Part shown: piece by piece, positions 10,049 through 20,500 of the stretch
Position numbering within the stretch: the first letter of the stretch is position 1
Layout of the letters: every line of letters starts with the position of its first letter
From: Candidatus Culexarchaeum nevadense
Lineage (GTDB): Archaea > Thermoproteota > Methanomethylicia > Culexarchaeales > Culexarchaeaceae
Direction of reading: 5' to 3'
Assembly: GCA_025060975.1 (NCBI GenBank)
Contig: JANZKA010000004.1
Span: 1 to 62,595, forward strand
DNA length: 62,595 bases
Notes under the pieces: generated by a model
What the model was told of the DNA's origin: nothing
The model's database searches: none
Seen by the model: only the letters and a program-made list of their open reading frames with translations
Translations under genes and position numbers: made by a program

Positions 10049-11344
10049 ATGTCCGAAAAACCACATCTGAATCTTGTGATAATAGGCCATGTAGACCACG
10101 GTAAAAGCACAACGATGGGACACCTACTATACTTAACGGGAAACATTGATGAACGCACCATGAAAGCTCTAGAGGAAGAATCTGAGAAAATTGGTAAGGA
10201 ATCCTTCAAATTCGCATGGGTCATGGATAAACTAAAGGAAGAAAGAGAGAGGGGACTAACAATAGACTTATCCTTCTGGAGATTTGAAACACCAAAATAC
10301 TACTTCACAATAATTGACGCCCCAGGACATAGAGACTTCGTAAAAAACATGATAACAGGAGCTTCACAAGCAGATGCAGCTATATTAGTGATATCAGCTA
10401 AAAGGGGAGAATATGAGGCAGGTATGGGTGCAGCGGGACAAACAAGAGAACATGCATTTCTAGCAAAAACGCTAGGTATAGACCAGATTATTGTAGCAAT
10501 AAACAAAATGGATGATCAAACAGTGAACTACAGCAAAGAAAGGTATGAAGAAGTAAAAACCGGAGTAGGTAAATTCTTGAGAATGATAGGGTACGATATA
10601 AGCAAAATTGATTTCATACCAATATCTGGATGGTATGGGGACAACCTAGTAACAAGAAGCGATAAAATGCCTTGGTATGATGGTCCAACACTGGTAGAAG
10701 CATTAGACAAACTAACGGAGCCACCGAGACCAATAGATAAACCGCTCAGAATACCAATACAAGACGTCTACACAATTTCAGGTGTTGGAACAGTACCGGT
10801 AGGCCGTGTCGAAACTGGAGTACTAAAGGTTGGAGATACAGTACTATTTTTACCAGCAAAGAAGACCGGTGAAGTCAGAAGTATAGAAATGCATCACCAA
10901 CCACTACAAAAGGCAATACCAGGAGACAACATTGGATTCAACGTGAGGGGCGTATCAAAGGAAGATGTAAGGAGAGGATATGTATGCTGCCACACAACAA
11001 ACCCAGTTAAAGTTGCAAAAGCATTTACTGGAAGAATATTCATATTATACCACCCAACAGCTATAGCCGCAGGGTATACACCAGTCCTACATATACACAC
11101 AGCAACAGTAGCTGTGAGATTCGATCAATTACTAAAGAAGATAGATCCAAGATCCGGTGCAACAATAGAAGAAAACCCATCATTCTTAAAACAGGGAGAT
11201 GCAGCAATAGTTAAATTCGTACCGCTAAAACCAGTATGTATGGAGAAATATGCGGAAATCCCACAGCTAGGTAGATTCGCCATAAGAGATATGGGAAGGA
11301 CCATAGCTGCAGGAGTAGTAATAGACATAGAAGAAGAGAAATGA
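10049..11344 (+). CDS. tuf: Translation elongation factor EF-1 alpha
   Basis: GHVDHGKST, DAPGHRDF, NKMD, GRFAIRDMG. Confidence 0.99.
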   Translation: MSEKPHLNLVIIGHVDHGKSTTMGHLLYLTGNIDERTMKALEEESEKIGKESFKFAWVMDKLKEERERGLTIDLSFWRFETPKYYFTIIDAPGHRDFVKNMITGASQADAAILVISAKRGEYEAGMGAAGQTREHAFLAKTLGIDQIIVAINKMDDQTVNYSKERYEEVKTGVGKFLRMIGYDISKIDFIPISGWYGDNLVTRSDKMPWYDGPTLVEALDKLTEPPRPIDKPLRIPIQDVYTISGVGTVPVGRVETGVLKVGDTVLFLPAKKTGEVRSIEMHHQPLQKAIPGDNIGFNVRGVSKEDVRRGYVCCHTTNPVKVAKAFTGRIFILYHPTAIAAGYTPVLHIHTATVAVRFDQLLKKIDPRSGATIEENPSFLKQGDAAIVKFVPLKPVCMEKYAEIPQLGRFAIRDMGRTIAAGVVIDIEEEK

Positions 11345-11375
11345 ACAATGATAGCTAGCGAGATAGGTGAAGAAA

Positions 11376-11684
11376 TTGGTTAGAAAAGCGAGAATAAAGC
11401 TTTCTAGCAACGATTACCGAAAATTGACGGAAGTATGTGAAGAAATAAAGAGGATTGCTAAAACCACAGGGGTAAGGATTGCCGGACCAATACCACTACC
11501 AACAAAAAGACTAGTGATACCGGTAATGAGAACCCCCTGTGGAGATGGAACAAAGACATGGGATAAATATGAAATGAGAATACATAAAAGGATAATAGAC
11601 ATAGATGCTGATGAAAGAACAATGCGCCAAATAATGAGAATAAGAGTTCCACCGGAAGTTAAAATAGAGATCGAACTAACATAG
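11376..11684 (+). CDS. rps10: 30S ribosomal protein S10 (uS10)
   Basis: [34 protein letters not shown]; TTG start 9 nt after the GTG of the GGTGA SD. Confidence 0.98.
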   Translation: MVRKARIKLSSNDYRKLTEVCEEIKRIAKTTGVRIAGPIPLPTKRLVIPVMRTPCGDGTKTWDKYEMRIHKRIIDIDADERTMRQIMRIRVPPEVKIEIELT

Positions 11685-11767
11685 GTTTAAGGAAACAATA
11701 CCCATACAATTCTTTTTTAAATTTAAATAATTTCTCAGCATTCTTAACATTGATAAAGGTATTATAA

Positions 11768-11866
11768 CGCCGGGGGCGGGATTCGAACCCGCGCGGCCTC
11801 AAAGGCCATCGGCTCTTCGCGAAAACTTAGCAAGCCGACGCCCTAACCAGGCTAGGCGACCCCGGC
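11768..11866 (-). tRNA. tRNA-Ser(GCT) with 13-nt intron at 37/38 (11815-11827)
   Basis: GCCGGGG/CCCCGGC acceptor, TCGGC-TTGCTA[intron]A-GCCGA anticodon arm, long variable arm, TTCGAAT T-loop; BHB helix TTGC/GCGA. Confidence 0.95.
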
Positions 11867-11935
11867 CTGAATATACCCAAATATAGCTTTAAGAAAAGTT
11901 TCTTTTATCTGTTTCCTTCAATTATGTGAGGATAC

Positions 11936-12907
11936 ATGTATAAAGTCATTGATTTATTCTGTGGTTGCGGAGGATTTGCAAGAGGGTTCATGGAGGAAAG
12001 ATTTGAGATACTATTAGGGATAGACATAGACATAAATTCACTAAATACATATTCCAGAAACATAAAAGGAGCTATTACATGGAAAAAGGATTTAAGGGAA
12101 GTACATTCAAAAGACATCATAAATGTTGTTGGCTCAAGCCCAGACGTGATTATAGGAAGCCCCCCATGCGAACCATTTACGCCAGTTAACTATAAAAGAA
12201 TGAAAAATGAACTCGACAGACTATATTTGGATGAGATAGGAGGATTAACATTACATTTCATACGTATTGTTGGAGATTTAAAACCTAAAATTTTTGTAAT
12301 GGAAAATGTCCCACAAATAATTGAAGGGGAATTGAAATGGGCATTAAAATGGGAATTTAATAGAGTTGGATACAAAAGAGTATATTTCAATATACTCAAA
12401 GCAGAAGACTCACAAACACCATCAATTAGAAGACGAATTTTCATATCAAACATACCAATCAAAATTAAACGTGAAGGTAGGAGAATAAACGTAGAAGAAG
12501 CATTAAAAGGTTTACCAAACCCAGAGGGAATAATAGACTACCCAAATCACGAAATAACACCATTAACTGAAAAAAAGATTAAAAAGATTGCTAAGCTAAG
12601 ATGGGGGGACGCTTTAATATTATTTAAGGGAGCTGATGGAAAAATATATAGAAATATGATTAGACTACATCCAAAGCGGCTTGCACCAACAGTTATGGGA
12701 GGATCAAGATTTATACACCCATATGAAAATAGATTACTAACTGTTAGAGAGCAGGCGAGACTCATGGGGTTCCCAGACACACATATATTTTACGGTCCAA
12801 GAGAAGTTCAATACAACCAAATTGGAGAAGCAGTCCCTCCAACATTATCTAGGACAATTGCAAAACATATTAAAAAAGTACTAGACGAGGGGATGGTAGA
12901 TGTGTGA
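11936..12907 (+). CDS. dcm: C5-cytosine methyltransferase (Dcm family), no cognate restriction enzyme nearby
   Basis: Motif I DLFCGCGG, motif IV GSPPCEPF, motif VI ENV, motif VIII RRRIF, IX/X REQARLMGFP...QIGEAVPP. Confidence 0.92.
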   Translation: MYKVIDLFCGCGGFARGFMEERFEILLGIDIDINSLNTYSRNIKGAITWKKDLREVHSKDIINVVGSSPDVIIGSPPCEPFTPVNYKRMKNELDRLYLDEIGGLTLHFIRIVGDLKPKIFVMENVPQIIEGELKWALKWEFNRVGYKRVYFNILKAEDSQTPSIRRRIFISNIPIKIKREGRRINVEEALKGLPNPEGIIDYPNHEITPLTEKKIKKIAKLRWGDALILFKGADGKIYRNMIRLHPKRLAPTVMGGSRFIHPYENRLLTVREQARLMGFPDTHIFYGPREVQYNQIGEAVPPTLSRTIAKHIKKVLDEGMVDV

Positions 12908-13385
12908 AGAAAAGAGGAATCTAGTAATGACAATACATAACGTAAGTTCTCAACAAAGATTGATTGAACTGGCAAAAGTATTCTATGGATTAGGGTACGT
13001 GAATCTAGTAGTATCTAAAGCTACTGGAGCCGCAGCCCAAATAGGGATACCAGAAGTACAGAAAATATCACTAAAAACTGGAGGAAGACTCATAATAACT
13101 GCAGACCTAGAAGACGCAATAGAACTGATAAAACCAAACACAATAATCCTATTAACACAAAAAGCTTATGGAAAAACTGCATATAAACCTGAAGAAATAG
13201 CAATGGAACTCAGCAAAGGACTAACTGTGATGATGGTTATTGGAGGATTAGAACCTGGATTAACATCAAGAGACCTATCTTTAGGCGAACCCACATACAT
13301 ACAAGGTATAGAAGGAGAACTAGGACCCGTTGGATTGGCAACCATAGCCCTATATGAATTAAAGAAACACCTAGAAAAATCGTAA
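12900..13385 (+). CDS. DUF2122-like protein (often labelled RecB-family nuclease; SPOUT-like knot)
   Basis: IHNVSSQQRL N-terminus and VIGGLEPGLT...ELGPVGLATIALY C-terminal SPOUT-type motifs; overlaps dcm by 8 nt. Confidence 0.7.
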   Translation: MCEEKRNLVMTIHNVSSQQRLIELAKVFYGLGYVNLVVSKATGAAAQIGIPEVQKISLKTGGRLIITADLEDAIELIKPNTIILLTQKAYGKTAYKPEEIAMELSKGLTVMMVIGGLEPGLTSRDLSLGEPTYIQGIEGELGPVGLATIALYELKKHLEKS

Positions 13386-13440
13386 CTGTTCCAACGCAAA
13401 GTTGTAGATAATTTAAACTTTAAAATATCTTCAAAATCTT

Positions 13441-13580
13441 ATTCACATAATAACATAACTTGCATACATCCTTAATTATGAGAACATCATAAATTATTTC
13501 ATTCCTAACAAACTAGAAATCTATACTTCCACGATCACTCATAATAGCGGCAGCCTCGCTTAAAGTGGTATTCATCATAG
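13441..13580 (-). pseudogene. Probable CBS-domain gene remnant
   Basis: Minus strand translates NTTLSEAAAIMSDRGSIDF*FVRNEIIYDVLIIKDV, a CBS-like pattern with an internal stop; no intact ORF. Confidence 0.45.
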
Positions 13581-14095
13581 TAAAAGTTGACTCTCTTAAT
13601 TGTTACGAAGAATCTCCCCAATTATTGGATTGATTGTATATTTCTCACTTACCCTTTCTGATTACAGTATTTATTTCATTGATGTCTTGTAAACTTATTG
13701 GGCTAAATATAGTTGAGGGAAAAGTGAATGTAATTACCCGAGACCACCTTCCCAAAAAGCTACTGCAATGGACTGTTATTTCATTAAAGTCTTAGTATAT
13801 TTATACCAAAGGATGCATTAAAATGAATCTAATACAATAGGGTTTAGGTATAGTGAGTATGTGAAATAAGTACCTAGGTAGAATAAATGCTAAGGTTGTG
13901 TCAGAAGAAGAGATAGGAATGCTTTTTATTTATACATCTTCATGGTGATCAATTTAACTTGATGTGAGTTTTATATGATTTATTGAAATATCTGTGATCC
14001 CCATTTAAATGGGACCTTCAACATTGTACAAAAACCAGTGTATAAACGAAGGCTACATCATTTACTTAAATTAAAAGTGCTTCCATTTTTATTAG

Positions 14096-14169
14096 TGGGC
14101 GGGCTGGGATTTGAACCCAGGACCACCGCCGTGTCAGGGCGGTATCCTAACCAGCTAGACGACCCGCCC
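14096..14169 (-). tRNA. tRNA-Val(GAC)
   Basis: GGGCGGG/CCCGCCC-A acceptor, CCGCC-CTGACAC-GGCGG, TTCAAAT. Confidence 0.97.
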
Positions 14170-14292
14170 TCTGATATCTACATAAAAACTTAAAATTAAA
14201 TAAACCTTTTTCCATTAATATCGCTTTTCATACCAAGACTGAAGTTCAAAACTTTATATTCCATAATGTAGTTTCTATTATTGAGCATTATT

Positions 14293-14366
14293 GGGCCGGT
14301 AGCTCAGCCTGGAAGAGCACCCGCCTCGCACGCGGGGGGTCGCGGGTTCAAATCCCGCCCGGTCCA
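14293..14366 (+). tRNA. tRNA-Ala(CGC)
   Basis: GGGCCGG/CCGGTCC-A acceptor with G3:U70, CCCGC-CTCGCAC-GCGGG. Confidence 0.97.
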
Positions 14367-14399
14367 CTACAATTAAACAATCTTCGAAATGAATAGAGT

Positions 14400-14815
14400 G
14401 ATATATGGATTAAGAGTCTTGAAAGAGGAGTCCCATAACTGCTGAAACTGCTTAAAAGAAGACTTAGCAAGTTATATGAGCTTTTAAATATTACACCTAA
14501 GTATGGTTGAAAAGTTAGGAAATATTCGGTTGGTTTTCAGGATAGGCTTGAGGATAGGGGGTAAGGATCCAGGATATGCAGCCGACCTATTGAAAGTTGT
14601 TAAATTATGTTCACTAAGAATTAAAGTTGCAATTTCTTTAATGGCTTTCTCTGGCTTAAATTCCAAAATATAGAAAACCATGATGGAAGTGATGTATTAA
14701 TGCTTAGGGATTGTCTAGGCTGAAAATAGAGGGTAAAGAAGGTTGTTAAACGGGTTTATGAGGAGCAAGACTTTGAAAACCACTAATAGAAACAGTTATA
14801 TGGCGATTATATAAA
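14400..14815 (+). pseudogene. Decayed archaeal tyrosine integrase (frameshifts, stops, deletions) behind tRNA-Ala
   Basis: Fragments in shifting frames: WIKSLERG / SPITAE / RRLSKLYELLNITPK / GFQDRLED / GKDPGYAADLLKVVK / SLRIKVAISLMAFSGL / IENHDGSDVLMLRD / LKIEGKE. These match the layout I recall for tRNA-associated archaeal site-specific integrases. Confidence 0.7.
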
Positions 14816-15012
14816 AAATGCCAATATACCATGGGTTAAAGTTTTATTTATCATTTAATTGCATGGGCTCGTCCACTAAGCTTGAATTTAATAGATTCAC
14901 AAAATATGGGTTTTGAAAAAGATGTATGGTGCAACAGCAACTATGAATGGTATTCATAGTTAACGGATCCTCATAAACATTAAAAGATTTTCTAGGTGGT
15001 ATTCATTGACGT

Positions 15013-16383
15013 CTATATTTTCTTGCCTGGATTCATAATATTGTATGGGTCTAGAGTCTGCTTTATCAATGATAGTAATTTTAACGTATTTGCATCTATT
15101 TCTAGGGATAGATACTGTTTTTTAGTTATACCGATGCCATGTTCTCCGCTTAAAGCACCATTATTTTTTACCGCTATTTTGAATATGTTTTCCTTAATCT
15201 TTTCTATCTCAGGGGTTAGGGATTTTTCTTTTGGAACTAGTATACTTGGATGTAAATGTCCATCACCAACATGCCCAAAAACAGCGATGTTTACATTGAA
15301 TTTGCTGCCTAATGATTTTATTTCCTTAATCGTTTCTGGAAGGAAAGATACTGGTACAATTATGTCTTCATCCAGTCTACCGCCATAAACTTTTTCAAGG
15401 GATTCTCCGGCGAGCTTCCTTTTGCTCCACATTTCATCAGCATTATAATACACATGAACATTTTCATCAGATATTCCAAGGTTTTTTAAGTAGGATGATA
15501 GGACTTCAAGTTTATTATCCATGTCATTACTGGAGAAAGCTTCCACTTCAAGTAATATCACTGCATCTGATTCTGGGAACCCAGCGTTATACGCTTTGTT
15601 TATGGCAGCTATAGTTATATCATCCATTAACTCTATTGCGGAAATATCTATGCTTAGTTTTGTTAGTGCAACTATAATTTCACATGCTTTCTCCAAATTA
15701 TTGTTGGATATGGATATACCAATCCTATATTGTGGTTTAGGGGCAACCCTCAATAATGCTTTAGTTATTATCCCAAGGGTTCCTTCACTACCAACAATGA
15801 GCGATACTAGGTTATATGCGGATACCCATTTCTTCGTTCTTGAACCAATCCACACCTTACCAACGGATGAGGTTATGACCTCCAATCCTAAAACCCAATT
15901 TCTAATACTACCATACTTATAGCTACGAGGCCCTGCTGCGTTTTCGGCAAGCATTCCACCTATAGTACATTGATCTCCAGTTGCAGGGTTTGGAGGGAGA
16001 AATAGGTTGTATTTAGATAGAAAAGCATTTAAATTTTCATATATAATTCCAGGTTCCACTAAAACCTGCAAATTATCTAGATCAAAATTTAAAATCCTAT
16101 TCATCCTTTTAAAATCCACAATTATTCCACCGAATATTGGAACACTGCCACCACTAAGTGAAGTTCCGCCACCTCTGGGAATTAATGGAATTCTAAATTC
16201 CTTTGCTACTTCAACCAGTTTTTCCACCTCTTCAGAAGTTTCAGGTATTACTGCAAGGGATGGTTTACCTTTAATGTATGATTGATCCTCCTCGTATTGT
16301 TTTAATATTTCCTCATCAGTTATAACTCTATCCCCAAATATGCTTCTTAACTTAGATAAACATGCTTCACTAATACCACCCAT
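15013..16383 (-). CDS. FAD-linked oxidoreductase (GlcD / D-lactate dehydrogenase family)
   Basis: PRGGGTSLSGG, TIGGMLAENAAG, GSEGTLGIIT, GHVGDGHLH, SGEHGIG, DPYNIMNPGK. Confidence 0.93.
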   Translation of the reverse strand: MGGISEACLSKLRSIFGDRVITDEEILKQYEEDQSYIKGKPSLAVIPETSEEVEKLVEVAKEFRIPLIPRGGGTSLSGGSVPIFGGIIVDFKRMNRILNFDLDNLQVLVEPGIIYENLNAFLSKYNLFLPPNPATGDQCTIGGMLAENAAGPRSYKYGSIRNWVLGLEVITSSVGKVWIGSRTKKWVSAYNLVSLIVGSEGTLGIITKALLRVAPKPQYRIGISISNNNLEKACEIIVALTKLSIDISAIELMDDITIAAINKAYNAGFPESDAVILLEVEAFSSNDMDNKLEVLSSYLKNLGISDENVHVYYNADEMWSKRKLAGESLEKVYGGRLDEDIIVPVSFLPETIKEIKSLGSKFNVNIAVFGHVGDGHLHPSILVPKEKSLTPEIEKIKENIFKIAVKNNGALSGEHGIGITKKQYLSLEIDANTLKLLSLIKQTLDPYNIMNPGKKI

Positions 16384-16492
16384 AACGTTACACCTACTTA
16401 CAATACTGTAATGTCAAAATTTAACTTAATTATTGTTCGGTGGGTAATGTTATCTCTCCCATTGACATCGTAAATTAAAAACAATTTAAATT

Positions 16493-16567
16493 TGGGCCCG
16501 GTGGGATTTGAACCCACGACCCCCCGGTTATCAGCCGAGTGCTCTAACCAGGCTGAGCTACGGGCCC
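16493..16567 (-). tRNA. tRNA-Ile(GAT)
   Basis: GGGCCCG/CGGGCCC-A, CTCGG-CTGATAA-CCGGG, TTCAAAT. Confidence 0.97.
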
Positions 16568-16635
16568 ATGCAAACAATATATCTATCTACAAAAATTTAA
16601 GGTTTCATCTCATAATAAATTCTTTTTGGATAAGG

Positions 16636-17538
16636 ATGTATTATGAGGAGTACATTGAGAAGACTTTGAAAGCTGGTGAAATTGTTAATAGAATCTTAAA
16701 AGAGCTACCAAGAATAGTGAAACCAGGAGTAAAAGTCTTGGATATATGCGAAAAAATAGAGAATTTGATAATTGAAGGAGGGGGAAAACCAGCTTTCCCA
16801 TGCAACATATCCATAAATAATATAGCGGCTCATTACACCGCATTCCCAGGGGATAAATCAATAATTCCGGATAACGCGGTGGTTAAGGTTGATATAGGAG
16901 CTCATGTTGATGGATACATAGTAGATGCAGCAACAACAATATCATTCAATAGCAAATATGATGACATGGTTGAGGCAAATAGAATGGCTTTGAAAAATGC
17001 ATTAAAAGTGATTAAACCAGGGGTGAAAGTAAGTAAAATATCAAAGGAGATCGAGAGAACTATTATTGGATTTGGATATAAACCAATAAGCAATCTAACT
17101 GGACATATGCTTAAAAGGTATATATTGCATGGCGGTAAAAATATACCAAATGTTTATGGGGAATATCCATGGATTATGGAAGAAGGAGAGATATATGCTA
17201 TTGAACCATTCGCTACTGATGGTGTAGGTAGCGTTACTGAAATGCAACAAGCATACATATATTCTTTGGCAAAAGTACATTCTGGAAGAACGAAACTAGA
17301 AAAGGAGTTATTGAAGTACATTTATGACAACTTTAAGATATTACCATTCTGTGAGAGATGGTTGAAGAATTTTTATGTAAATCATGAAACTATAGGGGCA
17401 ATTATTAATAGGTTAGTTGAAAATGGGGCATTGCACAGTTATCCAGTTTTGAGGGAAATTAAAAATGGTATTGTAACTCAATTTGAGACAACCATAATAG
17501 TTTCAAGAGATGGACCTATCATAACTACAGAGATATGA
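16636..17538 (+). CDS. map: Methionine aminopeptidase type II
   Basis: AFPCNISIN..AAHYT, KVDIGAHVDGYIVDAA, NLTGH, AIEPFAT, QFETT. Start moved to ATG 16636 because the longer ORF overlaps tRNA-Ile. Confidence 0.96.
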   Translation: MYYEEYIEKTLKAGEIVNRILKELPRIVKPGVKVLDICEKIENLIIEGGGKPAFPCNISINNIAAHYTAFPGDKSIIPDNAVVKVDIGAHVDGYIVDAATTISFNSKYDDMVEANRMALKNALKVIKPGVKVSKISKEIERTIIGFGYKPISNLTGHMLKRYILHGGKNIPNVYGEYPWIMEEGEIYAIEPFATDGVGSVTEMQQAYIYSLAKVHSGRTKLEKELLKYIYDNFKILPFCERWLKNFYVNHETIGAIINRLVENGALHSYPVLREIKNGIVTQFETTIIVSRDGPIITTEI

Positions 17539-17550
17539 TTACTACCATAA

Positions 17551-20500
17551 TTACCATAATTTCCATAAGAGGCCATCCATATATTCGTTGAGAGAACGAA
17601 TAGTCATATATTCCACTTGCTTCATAGCCTTAACAAGTGCTTCCGTCAATTCAATAGTGGTTATTAGTGGGATATTGAACTCTGCAGCAATACGTCTAAG
17701 CTTATACTCATCATGATGTATTTTATCATGGCCCACTTTATAGTGGGAGTTGTTTTTAGGACATATGTTTATTACAATGTCTACCATCCTCTTTCTAATA
17801 GCATCTATTGGGGTGATTTCCTCATTAAAAACCATAATCTTATCGGAGAACATGTGTTGACTATTGAAGTAAACATTAAACAGTTCAAATGTATGTTTAG
17901 TGAAATATACCCTAAATCCCATGCTTATCAGATCGTGAACAACTTTTTTAATTTCATTTATCTTTGTGTTATCACTAACACTTAACAAAACTGCACCATT
18001 TCTGATCGGCAAGTTCAGTTCTGCCGCATGGAGAGCTTTCAATAATGCGTCAGCGAAGTTCTCACCCATACATGCTACTTCACCTGTACTCTTCATTTCC
18101 ACTCCAAGCATAGGATCCGCACCAGATAATCTCATAAAACTGAATTGAGGAACTTTAACACTCACATGAGGTATTGGGGGTAATTCAAATACTCCGATAT
18201 TTCTAAATTTTCTGCCTAAAATTGCCATTGCTGCTAAATCTATCAAACTCACACCAATGGTTTTACTTGTATATGGAAATGACCTTGAAGCTCTTAAGTT
18301 ACATTCAATAACATAAACAACATCGTTCTTCACCAAAAACTGAATGTTAAAAGGCCCAACTATCTTAAGCCTTCTAGCTATTTTACTTGAGTAATCTCTA
18401 ATAACATCTATGATTTGTGGTGTTAAGGTTTGGGGAGGTATACACATAGTTGCATCACCACTATGTATTCCAGCCTCCTCCACATGTTCAATAATGGCGC
18501 CTATAATGACGTCTTCACCATCAGAAACACCATCAACTTCTACTTCCTTAGCTCCATCGATAAATTTTGAAATCACCACAGGATGTTCGGGAGAGACTCT
18601 AGCGGCAAGGGATAGATACTCTTCTAGTTCCTTCTCATCATAGGCTACACGCATACTTGAGCCGGATAAAACATAACTTGGCCTTATAATTACAGGGTAA
18701 CCGATCTTAGAAGCAAATAATTTTGCTTCGCTAATTGTTTTAAAAGAGCCCCAAGCAGGTTGAAGTATTTGTAATTCGTCCAGTATAGAGCTAAATTTAG
18801 CTCTATCCTCAGCCATATCGATACTTATCGGTGAAGTCCCAAGAATATTAACGCCATTCATACTTAATTTCAAGGCAAGATTATTAGGTATTTGACCACC
18901 TACAGAAACTATTACCCCAAGAGGTTTCTCAAATTCATAAATATCCAAAATCCTCTCTAGACTCAATTCCTCAAAATAAAGCCTATCTGAAACGTCATAA
19001 TCCGTTGAAACTGTTTCGGGATTATAATTGATTAATATAACCTCCTTAATGCCATACTTCTTTAACGCCCAAACCATGTTTACTGCACACCAATCAAATT
19101 CAACACTAGAACCTATTCTAAACACACCTGAACCCAAAACTATAATCTTACTACCTTCAGACATATCGTTGGGTGTTACGTCATTTTCATCGCCACAATA
19201 CGTTAAATATAGGTAATTGGTTTTTGCAGGCCATTCAGCAGCTAAAGTATCTATCTGCTTTACACAAGGAAGTATTCTGAACTTTTTCCTTAACATTCGC
19301 ACATCATCTTCCGTAAGTCCCAAGCATAATGCTATTTGTTTATCTGAAAAACCAAGTTGCTTCGCCTTTCTTATCAATATCTCAATATTTTTACTATTTA
19401 CATCCGCATTACGAAGCTTACTCTCCATATCCACGATGTTCTTGATCTTGTGTAAGAAGAAAGGATCTATACCGCTAAGCTCATATATTCTTTCAATACT
19501 CACACCAAGTTTTATAGCCTTAACTATCTTGAAGATTCTATCATCCCTTGGATGGGAAATAGCATATAGAATATCTTCAAGCGACTCACACTCATTTTCA
19601 TCATGATTACACACTAAACCATTTTTTCCAAGATCCAGCATTCTAATGGCTTTTTGTAATGCTTCTTCAAAACATCTTCCAATGGCCATAACCTCTCCCA
19701 CAGATTTCATTTGAGTACCTAGACCTCGATCTACACCAACAAACTTTTGGAAATCCCATCTTGGAAATTTAACAACCACATAATCTAGTGCTGGTTCAAA
19801 ACATGCCGTCGTAACTTTCGTAACTTTATTCATGAGTTCTGGCAATAGGTAGCCTATTGACAATTTAGCAGATATATATGCAAGTGGATATCCAGTAGCT
19901 TTACTAGCCAAAGCGGAGCTTCTTGACATACGTGCATTAACCTCTATAACCCTAAATTCTTCAGAAGTTGGGTTTAAAGCCCATTGAATATTACATTCAC
20001 CAACTATCCCTAAACTTTGAACGACCTTAATCGATGCAGATCTTAGAATATTATATTCACGATTAGTCAGAGTTTGTGATGGCGCAACGACAATAGAATC
20101 TCCGGTATGTATCCCCATCGGATCCACATTTTCCATACAACAAACAGCAATACAGTTATTCGCATAATCACGCATCATCTCGAACTCTATCTCTTTCCAA
20201 TGCCTCAAATACTCTTCCACAAGAACTTGAGAGATAGCACTTTGAGCTAATGCACGTTCAACAATCTCAATCAATTCCGAGTCATTATAAGCTACTCCAG
20301 AACCTTTACCGCCAAGAGTATATGCAACCCTTACCACAACAGGGTAACCTATGTCCCTAGCTGCCTTCAATGCTTCTTCAACAGAAGTTGTAGAGAAACT
20401 TTTAGGTACGGGGATTCCTGCATTTATCATTGCATTTTTAAATAGCTCCCTATCCTCAGTTTTCTCTATGGCATCTATAGGTGTACCCAATACTCTAACA

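Noticed and set aside
14000-14013. Palindrome CCCATTTAAATGGG
   Set aside because: Single occurrence in decayed DNA with no linked gene or second copy.
14484-14681. 65-aa minus-strand ORF
   Set aside because: It is the antisense of the integrase remnant.
14871-14878. GTCCACTA, identical to the tRNA-Ala 3' end (14362-14369), as a possible attR
   Set aside because: An 8-bp match is too short to separate from chance.
16492-16635. 48-aa N-terminal extension of map
   Set aside because: It is the antisense of tRNA-Ile(GAT) and its promoter; map homology starts at ATG 16636.
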